NCBI GenBank assembly: GCA_964016885.1
Contig: OZ024741.1
Span: 84,568,001-84,632,000 of the forward strand
Direction of reading: 5' to 3'
Length of the DNA stretch: 64,000 nt
DNA from: Eledone cirrhosa
Taxonomy: Eukaryota
Part shown: piece by piece, positions 29,153-43,238 of the stretch
Position numbering within the stretch: the first letter of the stretch is position 1
Layout: every line of letters begins with the position of its first letter
The notes under the pieces: generated by a model
Told to the model about the DNA's origin: nothing
The model's input: the letters and a program-made list of their open reading frames with translations, nothing else
The model's database searches: none
Position numbers and translations under genes: made by a program

Positions 29153-29901
29153 TGTGTGTGTGTGTGTGTGTAGCAGAGTAATTCGTGGTAGAGGGATGGT
29201 CAGTAGGAATGTGTCTGTAAGTGTGTGGGGGATATTTTAACATGTTAAAAGAATTTTTTCAGCCCTTGTCTTATACGGAGAAGTGTGTGTGTGTGTGTGT
29301 GTGTGTCTCTTTGTATGTTAATGTACGCGTGTGTATGTGTGTGTATATATATGTGTGTGTGTGAGAGAGAGAATGTGTGTGTCTGTGTGTGTGGGTGGAC
29401 CAGTATTTTTTTCTGGTAAAATGGTGGACATTATTCGATATTTTCAGTAAAATCGATTCTCTCAATAGAACATCAAAAACCTTAATAATAAAAGGTGTGA
29501 AATGATATATAGTATTGGCATAATACCAAGGTGTGTGTGAGTGTGTCCAGATTGTACGTACTGCAAGGGGGATCCATTAGGCCTTGCCGTATTGGAATAC
29601 CTGTGCACAAATATGTATCTGGAGTGTGTCCAGATTGTACTGCAAGGGGAATTCATTAGGCCTTGCCGTATTGGAATACTTGTGTACAAATATGTATGTG
29701 CCCATCAGTGTGCAATGCATGTGTGCGTTTATGTATGTGTGTGTGTCGGCACGTTTATATCTATAGACATCAAAAGGTATGCAAATTTGTGTATATTTGT
29801 GTTGCACCATAGAACATGTGTGTTTACGTATGTCATTGTGTTTATATGTGGGTAGAGATGTATGCTGATGTAGGTTGACGTGTGTATGTTGTGGGTTCGT
29901 C

Positions 29902-32200
29902 TTAGGGAGAAGTGTTTAGACGGGGTCCGTATTTGTTAATAAAGTAAGATTCCTTGCTGATGCGCTGGGTGTGGTAGGCATTATCTTTAAATTTGTAGAG
30001 GGGAAAGATTCTGAAGTTGGGATGATTTTGGGCGGCACAGGTATAAATGTGTTCACTCAGTGGTATTTTTCCTGTATTCCCGTATTTTAATTTGGGATCT
30101 ATGGACAGTCATGCGTTGGCGGAGGCTGTTTTTGGTCTGGCCTATGTATTGTTCTTGACAACCTGAGCAAGTTAATACATATATTAGATTTTATGATGCG
30201 CATGTGAAATTGTGTTTTACTATAAAACGTTGTCCTTCTTTGAAATAGAATTCCGAACCCTCTATTAGATTGATGCAAATGCCACAGTTTGGTCTATCGC
30301 ATTTTTCTACTGTGGGTTTCGTTGTTGTGGTTGGCAGTACTTTGGCATGTGTTAAGATGTTTTTCATTGACTTGGATTGTCTTTTGCTTTTTATGATATC
30401 GTGTGTTCGTAGAATTTGGTTCATTCTATGGTCCTTTTTCAATACAGGGATGTTCTGGAGGATGGTGTCAAAGGCCTCGTTGTTGAGGGGTTGTGTGTGG
30501 AGATGTATGGAAGAGCTTTTAGTTTCGGTTGATTTACTTTAGGGTGTCTAAGGTCCTGGGTACTGAGTTTTAGGGCACGTCGGATTCCATTGTCAATTAG
30601 TGATGCAGGGTAGTCCCTGCCTAAGAGTGTGTCCTTTAGTTCTTGTAGCCGTAAGTATCAGGTGTTTTTATTGGAGACTATAGTACAGATTCTCTTGGCT
30701 AAGTTGTAGGGAATATTAATTTTAACGTATCTAGGGTGGCAAGAGTTGAAAGGAAGATATTGCTTGGAGTCTGTGGGCTTGTAGTATATGTCTGTTTCTA
30801 TTTTTTTGTTATGGATCTTAATGAGGATGTCGAGGAAGGGGAGTTGTTGATGGCTGTATTCAATCGTGAAGTTAATATTCGTGTTGAGCCCATTTATAAG
30901 GGTGTGAAATTCTTTAAGTTTCTCGATGTTTTCGTGCCAAAGGATGAAGCGGTCATCTAGATATCGCTTCCCGTTTCTTTCTATGTGTAAGTGGAGAGTG
31001 TTTCCAAATTTGTTTAGGACTTTAGTGTAGAGGGTGATTTCCAGGTAGCCCATGACTAGGTTGGCATAAGTGGGGGCTGTTCTCGTTCCCATAGCGGTCC
31101 CAGATTTCTGCCTGTAGGGTTTGTTATTGAAAACGAAGTAATTGCTCTCCAAGATAAATTTGAGTCCCTCTATCACGAATTTGTTTTGATGCGTTGTGGG
31201 AGTTCATTGTGGTAATTATCCAGCCAGAATTGGATAGCTTCTATTCCTAGGTTGTGGGGGATGTTGGAGTATAGGTTGACTACATCGAACGTCACTAGTA
31301 GGGTTTGTTCAGAAAGTGGCATATTAGGGAGGTGATTGAGCATATCTAGGTCGTCCCTTATATAGCTTTTGATGTGTTTGAGAAAAGGCTTGAGAAGGGT
31401 ATCAATGAAGTTGCTAAGGCGGTCGGTTTCGCAAGCGGGGCCTGCCATTATAGGTCTTAATTTGAGATCATTGGATGAGGGGACATTGATGACTATGTTT
31501 GTGGCTTCCTTGCATGCCTTACTTATTAATTCGCTTTTATGTACTTTAGAGATACCGTAGAAAAGGCTGGATTTACTTGTGAAGTCTGTGATGAAGCTGA
31601 ATTCCTTGTTAGTGAGTCCTTCTTTGTATTGGTTGATCAAAGTTTTTAGGTTTCTCATAATTTTCTGTTGATTGTAGTGTTCAGCCTTTTCGTAGTATGT
31701 TTCGTTTTCCAAAGTGGAGAGCGCTAAGTTGATATAGAATTCTGTCTCCATTAGGACTACTGTACTCCCTTTATCAGCCTCTTTAATTGTAATGGTTCTG
31801 TCGGTTTTTAATCTATTTAATTCTTCCCATTCTTCTGTCGGTTTTTAATCTATTTAATTCTTCCCATTCTTTCTTGTTGAGGTTTGGCTTGTGTTTTTGT
31901 CTGTGCAAGTGTTGGTAAGGGAAGTTTGTGATGTGTTCACAGAATTCGTCCAGGATTTTATTTCTACCTTTTGATGGGGTGTAATTGCTTCTATTTCTGG
32001 CTAATGATTCATCCTCATTGTACTGGTCGAATAGTTCTTCACTGAGTCGTAACTTTCTACAGACGTCTGTGATGTCTTCCTTCATTTCATAGTAGTTAGG
32101 AGGTAGTGGGGTCGGTGTGAATTTAAGACCTTTGGAGAGTAAGTTGATAAGGTTGGGTGTTGGTTCTGCACTAGTAAGAATGATAATTTTTATTACTATC
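29902..32200 (-). pseudogene. PLE-3: Neptune-clade Penelope-like RT plus GIY-YIG, several stops and frameshifts; element spans about 28800-32910
   Basis: FDVVNLYSNIP, GTAMGTRTAPTYANL, RYLDD, LPFLDI, SCHP, CDRPNCGIC, FTCAS*NLIYVLTCSGCQEQYIGQT..L.QR..H; 33-bp duplication near 31795-31870; 81-bp tandem repeat at 29541-29700. Confidence 0.9.
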
Positions 32201-32971
32201 GGTTTCTCCTCCCTGTCTTGTGTTATTTTCTTTGCCTGTATCTGTTTACTGTGTCTAAAAAATGGTTGGGGTAGAGGGGTTGTCTGCTGATGTTAAGTGG
32301 TCTCCTGTGTTTGTTATATTCCTTGTTGTTGTAAAATGTGGTTCGGGTTGGTGGTTGTAGATTGAATGTGGTGTTCCTGTACTGCGAGTATGGGTGTCTG
32401 TTTCTATGTGTCATGCTGTATTGTGGTGTTATAGGTGGCCTACGTTGTTGGTTGAATCGCGTGGTGTGGGTTTGTTGTGTATTGTGGAAGCGAGAGTTGA
32501 GAAAATGGAAATTACCTTGCTGTCCCCTGAAGCGGGGAAGTTGTTACATCTATCATGGTGGTGGTATCTTTTCCCTATGTTTGACGATGAGGCATCCGCG
32601 TAGTAGTTGAGTGATTTGGTATGGTGTCTCCTTGAAGGGGGAAAGTTGTAAATGTCATTCTGGGGGAGATGATTTCTAGGGTTTTTGTTCCTTCTTATGG
32701 TAGCGAGGTTGGGAAGTTCATCTTCGGTGTGGTGCTTCCTTCTTCGTTTGTTAGTGGCTTGTGGGTTTGCGAAGTTGTTGTGCGGTTCAGTTATGTATTT
32801 TTATGAACGGGTTATTGGGGGTGTAATCCGTTTGAAAAGTTGATTCATAGTGTAGGAACCAAGCGGCACTTTTTTGCCAGCGTTGAAGGGATTTCAGTTC
32901 TTCTCTGTTGCATATATATAAAATAAACTAAAATAAATAAGTCAAATATTTAAATTTTGGCTTCGTTTATT

Positions 32972-33026
32972 ACTGCTATATATATTTCGGTGACAGCCAT
33001 CTTTGGCTGTGACCACTTCAAGCAGT
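32972..33026 (-). ncRNA. Hammerhead-like motif with variant core TTGAAGT
   Basis: actgc-TTGAAGT-ggtcacagcc..ggctgtcacc-GAAA-tatata-TA-gcagt; same GAAA-TATATA-TA as PLE-2. Confidence 0.5.
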
Positions 33027-34026
33027 CCTAATTAGTGTGGTAGAGACGAGTACACGTGTTGTTGAGGTGTTTCACTTTGTCAATACTCTGATATGCCCGA
33101 TATGCCCAGTTCCTGGTTGGGTTGTTATTTCACCGAGGAACTGGAATCATATGAATTTAAACAAACGAATTTCAGCGTCAAAGGACATCGTCGCCTCCCA
33201 TTGGTCAGTTGTGAGAACATTCCTCAGTCAAAAGTCTATAGAAATTCGTTCTGAGGCGAGGCAATCTGTAGTGGTTGTTCTTGTCATTGTTAAGTACATC
33301 TGACCTCTACTCTTATGTTGGTAGTGGTGTTGGTGTTGGAGTCAGCTTAAAAAAATGATAAAATGGTAGAAGGAATAAGATGGTAAAAGAATAAAATAAA
33401 ATAAGATAATCAAATGAAATGTGTGTGGGTTATAACCAATCTCAAAGTTAGAAAGATTTGTAAGGTCATTCCTCCCATTGGTCAGTTGTGAGAGCATTCC
33501 TCAGTCAAAAGTCTATAGAAATCCTTTCTGGGGTGAGGCTAGCTGTAGTGTTTGTTTTTGCTATTGTTAAGTACATCTGACCTCTACCCTTATTTTGGTA
33601 GTGCTGTTTGTGCTGCGGTCAGAGTAGGTCTTGCTGTTGCTGAGTTTTAGAAGTGTTTGCGTGTATTTTTTCATCCATGCATATGAAGAAATAGAAGGCA
33701 ATAAAATGAAGAAAATAGAAAATAAAGGAGAAATAAAAAAATGAAGATTCAAATAAAATAAAATGTATGTGTGTTATAACGAATCTCAAAGTTAGAAAGA
33801 TTTTGGCTAAATTAGAAAGGCTGTGTCAGAATCAATCTCTAGGCTATCATAGTGTCTGCTCAGCCTGGGTGAGTCCCTATGGTTTGAGGGCAGTTCTCAA
33901 CCTATAGTGTTGTTACTGCCCATATAGCTTCAGGGAGGTTCGGCCAAGAGGTCTCTACATGTTCTGGAGAAGTCCCTGTAGCTTGAGGGGAGTTCACATC
34001 TCAGTGTGTTGTTACTGTCCATATAG

Positions 34027-36354
34027 CTAGAGGAAGGTCCAGGCTCTGAGGTGTCTGCATGTCTCGAAGTCAGTTCTGAAGTTTATCAGGCGGCTTCCAG
34101 CTCTTAGTATCTCGAGGGTCTCGCTCAGACATAGTTTGCATATGCCAGATCCCCCTTTATCGGGTGGTACTTTCCTGATTATGGACCAGGCCAGAGAGTA
34201 CGGGGTCCTGTCCAGCTTAAGCTTCCTGATCAGGTCGGAAAGAGCCGTACTTTTCCTTTTGACATCCTTATTGAAGGAATGGCGATGGTTATACCAACGG
34301 TCTTTAAAGCTCGTTGATGTGGCTCCTATGTAGAGGTGTTCAGAGTTGGGGGTTTTAACCCTACATCCGTATATTAGGTTCTTCCTAGGGCATTCATTAC
34401 TAAGGGGCATGATTCGGGGTTTCTGCAGTTGCAGATGGTGGTCGACCTCTCCGTGCCTAGTGTGGGGTTCCCGTTATGTGTTATTTGGTGGTCTTCTCCC
34501 GGGCCCGGTGGGGGTCCCCGGGTCTGCTTGAGCTTCTTGGGTGGGCTCTGGGCCCTCCCTTCTCTCCTTCCACATGGTTCTGCTGGGTGCTTATATTGCC
34601 ATCTTCTGGTTGTGTGTGGTTTTTAAGCCTACTCCTGTTGATGCCAGCTATGTGTTGGGCCAGATTTCTCATGGTGGAATACGAGAGCTTCACAGTGTGT
34701 CTGTTGAAGATATTGTGGTATCTATGGTCCCTCGGGAAGCATTTATCAATTGCTCCAAAGAATGATCAGGCCAAGCCGTTCTTTAGGGCCGATGAGTAGG
34801 GTGGGTTGTACCACGTGATTTTTCTACGTCTACTCCTATATGGGTGGGTTGAGGGCGTCCTAAGTTGTTGGAGAGTTGTTGGGTTGCTGGTGGTTCCCGC
34901 ATTGTTGCTTCCCCTTTGGGCGCTATGGGTTTTGCTATCTTTACGGCCCGAATCTGTGGGGTGGTTGTTGCCCGCGCTGGGAGATCCACTGTGGGGTGGT
35001 CCCTTATTTGCGGACAGGCTGGAGATCCTGTCCGAGACACTTTTCACCACGGCCTTGGTTATGGATATAGGGTGGTTTGATTTGGCGTTAACATAGCCAA
35101 GTTTCTCGTTGGGCTTGTCGTAGGGGTAGTATTGCTCGGTGTTCACGTTTAGGGTGGTGTCTAGGAAGTTAACTACGTTTCTATTTGGGTCTAGTTCGAT
35201 ACTGAACCCCTGGTTCTTAAAGAAATGGCGAATACGCCTCTTCATTCTCTCCACCATAGTGGTGCTGTGGTCATATACTGTGAAGAGAGCATCGTCACGA
35301 TATAATCCGCCGCCCAGGCAGGGGATTTCATCTTTTATCTGCTTCAGCAGGAAGAGCCCAACCAGGTCCGTTACCTGTGCTGAGTCACTGGAGCCCATCG
35401 TGATGTCAAAGTTATTTGGCCAATCACTCCTGGTCCAAAGGTCTCCATCTAAACGGATTAAGGTATTTCTTGCGGCGTGGATGATGCTCATCTCCTCTGG
35501 GGTTAGGTCCGTATTGGACATCGCTAAAAATAGGACTTTATTGAGTACTATGGGTGAGATTGAGGAGTAGTAGCTTGCGATATCCAGTTGGATAAAGCTG
35601 GTCTTACTTTTCTTATGTAATATCTTAAACCATTCTATTACCTCTCCCGTGCATGACCATTGCTGTAATCTAGTTTTTTTCCGAAGCTTGGGCAAAATCC
35701 TATCTAGTATACTTTTACTGACGATCCCGAGGTCAGATCTGGAGGGGGATATTAGTCTGACAGGGAGGTCGGACTCAAAGTTTGGCTTGTGATCTTTAAG
35801 GGTAATCTGCGCCGTTCCCTTGGTTGGTATGGGGCCGTCCTGTCCTCTATGCCGAGTCCAGATATAATCCTGTAAGCTGTGGCGTTGATCTTATCCAGGG
35901 TAAATCCAGGTGTTTTTTTGTAGCACTTCCTCAGTTCCCTAAGAATTAGCTTATTATACAGTTCAGTGTCCATGATGTAGAGGTTGTTGGTTTTGTAAGC
36001 ATGGACAAGTGTTCCCGTTATTTCTTTAAGTATTGTAATCCGGTTTCCCAGGTGTCTGAGGTACTCCTGACATCTGGGTGGGTTTCCTGAGAATTTGAAA
36101 TTGGAGATAATGTTAATCATCTCGTTTTCAAACTTCTCCATTTGTCTGTTGTTGGGGGGATTCCTCCTTGGACGAAAAAGGTACACCATGTTTTGTGTGT
36201 TGGTCATTTTATGCGTTCCTCTTTCAAAGTGGAACGCCTTCCATCTCAACCTACGGACGAGGGAGTCCGTACTCCTGATAAGATCACTTGTGCATTCTCG
36301 TTTGCCAGGTAGGGGGATGTCCTTCAGTGACGATAAGGTTGCCAGTTTTTCCAT
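34027..36354 (-). pseudogene. PLE RT plus GIY-YIG with frameshifts and stops
   Basis: MEKLATLSSLKDIPLP, FIQLDIASYYSSI, GGGLYRDD, NLIYGC..LYIGAT, CKLC.SE, CRH; homologous to the PLE-2 protein. Confidence 0.92.
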
Positions 36355-38793
36355 AGTGACTTAAGTCCGCTACTGTTTAAAGCGCTCAACCCGGGGGGAA
36401 GACCACTATGAAACACAACACGGGAACCCCACACTAGGCACGGAGAGGTCGACCACCATCTGCAACTACAGAAACCCCGAATCATGCCCCTTAGTAATGA
36501 ATACCCTAGGAAGAACCTAATATACGGATGTAGGGTTAAAACCCCCAACTCCGAACACCTCTACATAGGAGCCACATCAACGAGCTTTAAAGACCGTTGG
36601 TATAACCATGACCATTCCTTCAATAAGGAGGTTAAAAGGTAAACTACGGCTCTTTCCGACCTGATCAGGAAGCTTAAGCTGGACAGGACCCCGTACTCTC
36701 TGGCCTGGTCCAAAATCAGGAAAGTACCACCCGATAAAGGGGGATCTGGCATATGCAAACTATGTCTGAGCGAGACCCTCGAGATACTAAGAGGTGGAAG
36801 CCGCCTGATAAACTTCAGAACCGACGTCTTCGGGACATGCAGACACCTCAGGGCCGGGATCTTCCTCAAGCTATATGGACAGTAACAACACACTGAGATG
36901 TGAACTCCTCTCAAGCTATAGGGACTTCTCCAGAACATGTAGAGACCTCTTGGCCGAACCTCCCTGAAGCTATATGGGCAGTAACAACACCATAGTTTGT
37001 GAACTTCCCTCAAGCCATAGTGACCCACCCAGGCTGAGCAGACACCATGATAGCCTAGAGATTGATTCTGACACAGCCTTTCTAATTTAGCCAAAATCTT
37101 TCTAACTTTGAGATTGGTTATAACACACACACATTTTATTTTATTTGAATCTTCATTTTTTTATTTCTCATTTATTTTCTATTTCTTCACTTTATTGCCT
37201 TCTATTTCTTCATATGCATGGCACAACTCCCCCCCCCCCCACAACCACGAGAAATGGTGGCTGGATGGATGAAAAATCACACACAGATACTTCTTAATGT
37301 CATCAGCAGCAAGATCTAGGTTGACCGCAGCACCAATACCACTACCAAAATAAGGGTAGAGGTCAGATGTACTTAACAATACCAAAAACAAACACTACAG
37401 CTAGCCTCAACCCAGAAAGAATTTCTATAGACTTTTGACTGAGGAATGCTCTCACAACTGACCAATGGGAGGAGTGACCTTACAAATCTTTCTAACTTTG
37501 AGATTGGTTATAACACACACACATTTTATTTGATTACCTTATTTTATTTTATTCTTTTACCATCTTATTCCTTCTACCACTTTATCCAACATCTTTCTAA
37601 CTTTGAGATTGATTATAACACACACACATTTAATTTTATTTGAATCCTCATTTTTATTTTTCATTTATTTTCTATTTTCTTCATTTTATTGCCTCTATTT
37701 CATCATATGCATGGCAACCCCTATCCCACCACCACCACCAGTACCAAGAGAAATGGTGACAGGATGGATGAAAAATACACGCAAACACTTCTAAAAGTCA
37801 GCAGCAGCAAGACCTACTCTGACCGCAGCATCAACAGCACTACCAAATAAGGGTAGAGGTCAGATGTACTTAACAATAGCAAAAACAAACACTACAGCTA
37901 GCCTCAACCCAGAAAGAATTTCTATAGAATTTTGACTGAGGAATGCTCTCACAACTGACCAATGGGAGGAGTGACCTTACAAATCTTTCTAACTTTGAGA
38001 TTGGTTATAACACACACACATATTTTATTTGATTATTTTATTTTATTTTATTCTTTTACTATCTTATTCCTTCTACCACTTTATCATTTTTTCTTAGCTG
38101 ACTCCAACACCAAAACCACTACCAACATAAGAGTAGAGGTCAGATGTACTTAACAATAACAAGAACAACCACTACAGATTGCCTCGCCCCAGAACAAATT
38201 TCTATAGACTTTTGACTGAGGAATGTTCTCACAACTGACCAATGGGAGGAGACGATGTCCTTTGATGCTGAAATTCGTTTGTTTAAATTCATATGATTCC
38301 AGTTCCTCAGTGAAATAACAAGCCAACCAGGAACTGCGCATATCAGAGTATTGACAAAGTTAAACACCTCAACAACATGTGAACTCGTCTCTACCACACT
38401 AATTACTGCTATATATATTTCGGTGACAGCCAAAGATGGCTGTCACCGAAATATATATAGCAGTAATAAACGAAGCCAAATTTTAAATATTTGACTTATT
38501 TATTTTAGTTTATTTCACATTACTCCGGAGTAACCAAACCAACCTGCGCACTTCGTCGAGTGATCCAATCTGCATTCTAAGGTGTTGGTATACAACCAAC
38601 ATATACTCAATATATATATATATAAACATATATATATATATTTAAACATATATATATATGTGTGTATATATATATATAAACATATACATATTTATATATA
38701 CATACATGCATACGTATATATATATCAGTGGATCTGCTAATATACGAATCGAACATAACATCTGTATGTATATATATATACCCGCACTTTCTC

Positions 38794-38848
<55 letters not shown>

Positions 38849-40204
38849 ATATATATATATGATATAATAATTTTTTTTACTGTTGGAACAAGGCCATATG
38901 ATATAATAATAAAAGGTCAATTTGTTAAGCCTTCATTACGTTTATTGATCGGTGCCGTGCTCTTCACTATTAACTAGCTCAAGGTTCAATCTGTATTCAC
39001 CTGGCCCGACTCTGGAATTTATATATATGTGTGTGTATGTCTGTGTGTGTGTGTGTGTATGTGCGTGTGTGCGCGCATGTGTATGTATGTATGTGTTTAT
39101 TAGAACATTGTGAAGGTGACACACTGTGCATTGTAGCGGCTTCCTACACATATCTATTTTTCTTGTGGAGATAGAGAGGGGAAGGCGAGAGAGTGAGTGA
39201 GATACCGAGAGAAATTGTTTCTTATTTTAAAAATCTTTAATATATATTTGAAATGTTTTTTTTCATAATTCCGAAGCAATTTACGTCGCCATGATTCACC
39301 TATAATATGACTAACATTAATTATTGAACATCATTTTAATAGCTAATTAATATTTACTTAATTTAAACATAATGTTTTTTTATAGAATAAAGGGTAAATA
39401 TTTTTTCCTTTTGATGTTTATTCTCGAAACTCATTTAATTCTTTTGATACCAACTCAACTTATACTACTGGTTCTACGATACAGAGTTCCTTGTTTCAAA
39501 GTATTTTGATATATCTAAATGCATACCATCATAGTTTCGTGTAAAAAACAAACTTTATGTTCTAAACACCAGCTTAGTAAGAACGTTGTTTATCCCTCTA
39601 AATCCGTGGTTATTTTCAAATTTATTTGATCATCATAGGTAGTGTATTTAATTAGTAATATGGTAACGAAGTGATTATAATTTAATACGAGGACATTTGT
39701 TAGGTTCTAAGAACCAGTTTAAGTTTGTTATGGGGCATGTGGCTTAGTAGTTAGGGTTTCGGCAGACCATCATAAGATGATATGTTCGATTTACGTGAAA
39801 TGTTGTGTTCTTAGTTATGATAAGTTATAGAATGGTACTCTTGCCCATTCCATAGTCAAAAATGTGTTCTAACTGTGCTTCAAAGAGTCAGCCGCGTTAA
39901 AATATATGTCAAATTAAAACTACGTTTGTTGTATTGATACCATACACAGACATTTCTGTATTTCGAACAACTACAGCACTCATCGTAAGCCCCATACAGA
40001 AGTCCAACTAGTTATATTATCAAATTCCTCCAAATTTCCGATTATTTTCAGAATTATTTGTAAACCATACGCATGGTCTTTCATGAGAAATATTGTAATG
40101 AAAAGGCTAAAATGCCCCTCCATACACACATACACATACACACACCCACACACATAGACCCACTAGTATTAAATACAAATACCTATCTATATTTAAATTT
40201 TAGA

Positions 40205-41000
40205 GGGTGGTGAATTGGCTGAATTTGTTGAACTCAAGATAAAATCCAATTGCGGTATATGTTCTGGCTCTAAAAATTCTACGTTCAAATCCTGTCGAGA
40301 TCAACTGAACGATTTCATTCTTGCGGGGGTCAAAAGTTAAAGAACAAATCAAATACTAGGGTCGATTTAATCAACTTCACCTTTCTCCCAGATTTACTGA
40401 ATTCAAGAGTAAGAGAGGCGGAACGACTTCAGCAAATTATTCTATTCGATGCTCTAATGTCTCCGCCAATTCACCATCTTCGTATGTATTGGATATTGTT
40501 CACAGAAATGTGTCTTGTGCAGAATCATTAGAACGTTGGAAAAAATGCTTTTCCTTATTTATTCCAACGTTTTAAATTCTGAGATCAAATCTGACCTGGG
40601 TTTCTTTCACTTTAATCATCCGTGGTCGATATCGTCAACCTTCTCCTTCACCTTAATTGCTAATGTTGTGTCTAAATTAGAATCCATTTTTTTCCTTCTT
40701 TTTCTTATTATTATTGGTAGTGGCTATGATGGTAGCTTTTCTTATTTCTGTTATGGTTTTTTCTAATATTGTTTTCGTTAATACCGTGATAGAATGGCAG
40801 AATTGACAGAATTGGTAGAGCGTCGGATAAAGTGTTTTGCAGTATACTCCAGCTGTTTGCGTTCTGAATTCATTCCACTGAGATTCACTTTGCCCTTCAT
40901 TTTCCGGGGTGGATAAATCAAGTATTTATTGGAGTAGATTTAATCAGCTTTGGCTTTCGCTCCAACGGTGCTTGCTTTGTGGCCAATAAATGAAATCATT
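40205..41000 (+). mobile_element. Two old, diverged SINE copies (about 40205-40400 and 40795-41000)
   Basis: Residual A box, gttcaaatcc or gttctgaattc, tttcattc..gggg.c, gatttaatc. Confidence 0.6.
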
Positions 41001-43064
41001 ATTATCACTGATGGCATTTGTGGGTGAGGGGTTGCTCGTATCTGTTGTTGTTAATATTGTTGCTGTTATTAACTCGATAGTAAATATCTTGAGATAAGAA
41101 ATAAATGATTGGAAAAAAGAGACAGCTCCTTAACTATTAATAATAAAAAAAGGATGAATCAAATGTTCTTATTTTAATATTTCTCTTTTCCATCTTTTTT
41201 CTTTACATCCGTTCTCAGTAGATCTCATTAGTATGAAATACGACAATAAAGATATCAGTTATTTTTTATTGTTAATCTTTATTTAAATTCCATTATTTTT
41301 TGTTTTTCCTAATTTCCTCTTCAGAAATCTGAAATATTTATTTCTATATTCATTCTTGTAGGTTTAATCTTATAATTGTATATGTTTCTTATGTTGTGTA
41401 CGCAGGTGAGTATTTAGGTTAATAGACAAGCACGTGGTTTAATGATTAGATTATTCGGCTCCCACTGGTAAGGTTGTGAGCTGGATTGTTTTGGTGTCCT
41501 TGGGCGAAGAAATACCTATTCTCACGCTCCTCCAATTTACTTCGCTGGAAAAAAAAATAGTTTAGCTCTAATTCGAACTGTGTCACCTTGAATCTCCCTG
41601 GGAAACGTGTTCATGATGCACGTTTCTGTGGAATGTTCAGTCACTCTCACCTTAACTTCCCAAGCTGGATGTCCCATTTTTCAAATAAGTCATCAAAACG
41701 GACGGGAATCCAAAACGCACAAACACACACACATACACACACACATACACACACATACGCACATACACACAAATACATACACACTCATATGTGCATACAC
41801 GTTAAAGTTAATGTGCTTTCAAAAATATTCATTTGTTGATGTCGGTCGAGAGGGATCCTCAAACATTCACTTAATATAAACACCATGAAAACTGGATTCG
41901 TTTCGTTAAAGTATGAGTGAATAGAAGGAAACTTTCAATATTCCAATATATTTTCGACAGTTGGAAATTAATCTTAATAAATAAATAAATAAAAACAGAA
42001 AGATAAAAAGAAAAAAGAAAAGAAAGAAAGAAAGAAAGAAAGAAAGAAGGAAAGAAGGAAAGAAAGAAAGAAGTAAAGAAGGAAAGAAAGAAGGAAAAAT
42101 TGGTCTTTCTAGCACCCAGCACATTTAACATTCATATATTCAATACAATAAAAGCATTTATTAACATATAAATATGCACATACATCACACCCACCACAGA
42201 CAATAACAATGCATACAATCACAGACTTACAAATATGTAAAACCTGAATTCAGACAAATGATATTCACAAAACTAAATTACTTATTTACAGGGAGAAAAG
42301 CATATACACATGAATAACATACGTAAATATATAAATCCATACGCTTAATCTCGTAGGATACACAGTTCGTACAACGTATAAGCATATATTTTCAATGAAT
42401 AAACATAATCATCGAGATATTTCACCGAAACCATGATCTGCAAATAGGAGCTGTTCCTCTCATGTAAACTAGGGCATATATATTTAGATATGCAACATAT
42501 TCAGACCCATAATACTCAACATAGGGTATATATTGATTTCTAATTTAGGTACAAGGCCAGCGAATTTATGGAAATGCAAAGCTGATTGAATCAAACCCAG
42601 TACTTAATTTGATGACAGGCAAATATCACCACTGGCAGGATTTTAACTCAGAATGTAAAGAATCAAAACAAATACCGGCTGGCATTATATAAGATGCTGT
42701 ACCAATTCTACCAGTCCGTCACCCTATACGCACTGTATATATTCACAATATAAACACGATACAACGCACATCACAAGCATGTACAACAGAAATAAATACA
42801 GATATAATCAACATTCATACAACGCTTACCTGATGCACATCTGTTTATATTATACATTCGAATTTTGTTATTAAAACACTGCAAAGTTGATTGAAATGTT
42901 TTCATTTTGTTGTACTTAATTCAATATGCATGCAGTCGAGTGACTTAACGTAGTAAAATAATGAAAAACAAGTGTAACATTCATTGTAATTAGATCTTTC
43001 AGTCGTGCCATTCCTTTAACTATACCAAGAAATTAGTAAATTTGGATTTCTTGTTTCTTAAAAT

Positions 43065-43238
43065 ATGCTCAGTAGAAACCTTAACGAGAGGTACCAACAG
43101 CACATGACAAACAAATATCTGTATGAAAACCTTCCAAATGTAGGTGCGACGAGACGATCAGAGAAAGTTAATTTAACCTATGATGACATTGATCATTACA
43201 TCCTAGAAAGAACTTCGACAAAGACTGGGAAAGTGTGA
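43065..43238 (+). other. Possible terminal coding exon of a host gene (57-aa open frame)
   Basis: Non-repetitive; MLSRNLNERYQQHMTNKYLYENLPNVGATRRSEKVNLTYDDIDHYILERTSTKTGKV*; AATAAA near 43642-43662; no recognisable homology. Confidence 0.2.

Larger units (their letters stand above)
32921..38610 (-). mobile_element. PLE-4: Hydra-clade-like Penelope element with long inverted arm
   Basis: Broken ORF 34027-36354; arms 32921-34504 and 36390-38515 (right arm has extra internal tandem units); tail 38516-38610 on the plus arm; TA-rich flanks. Confidence 0.92.

Noticed and set aside
30191-30193. In-frame stop in the Neptune endonuclease as possible selenocysteine recoding, as in some Naiad PLEs
   Set aside because: The codon is TAA, not TGA, and the element has many other lesions
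37436-38280. CTGAGGA words in PLE-4 3'UTR repeat units
   Set aside because: No GAAA closing stem II and no stem I, so not called as hammerheads
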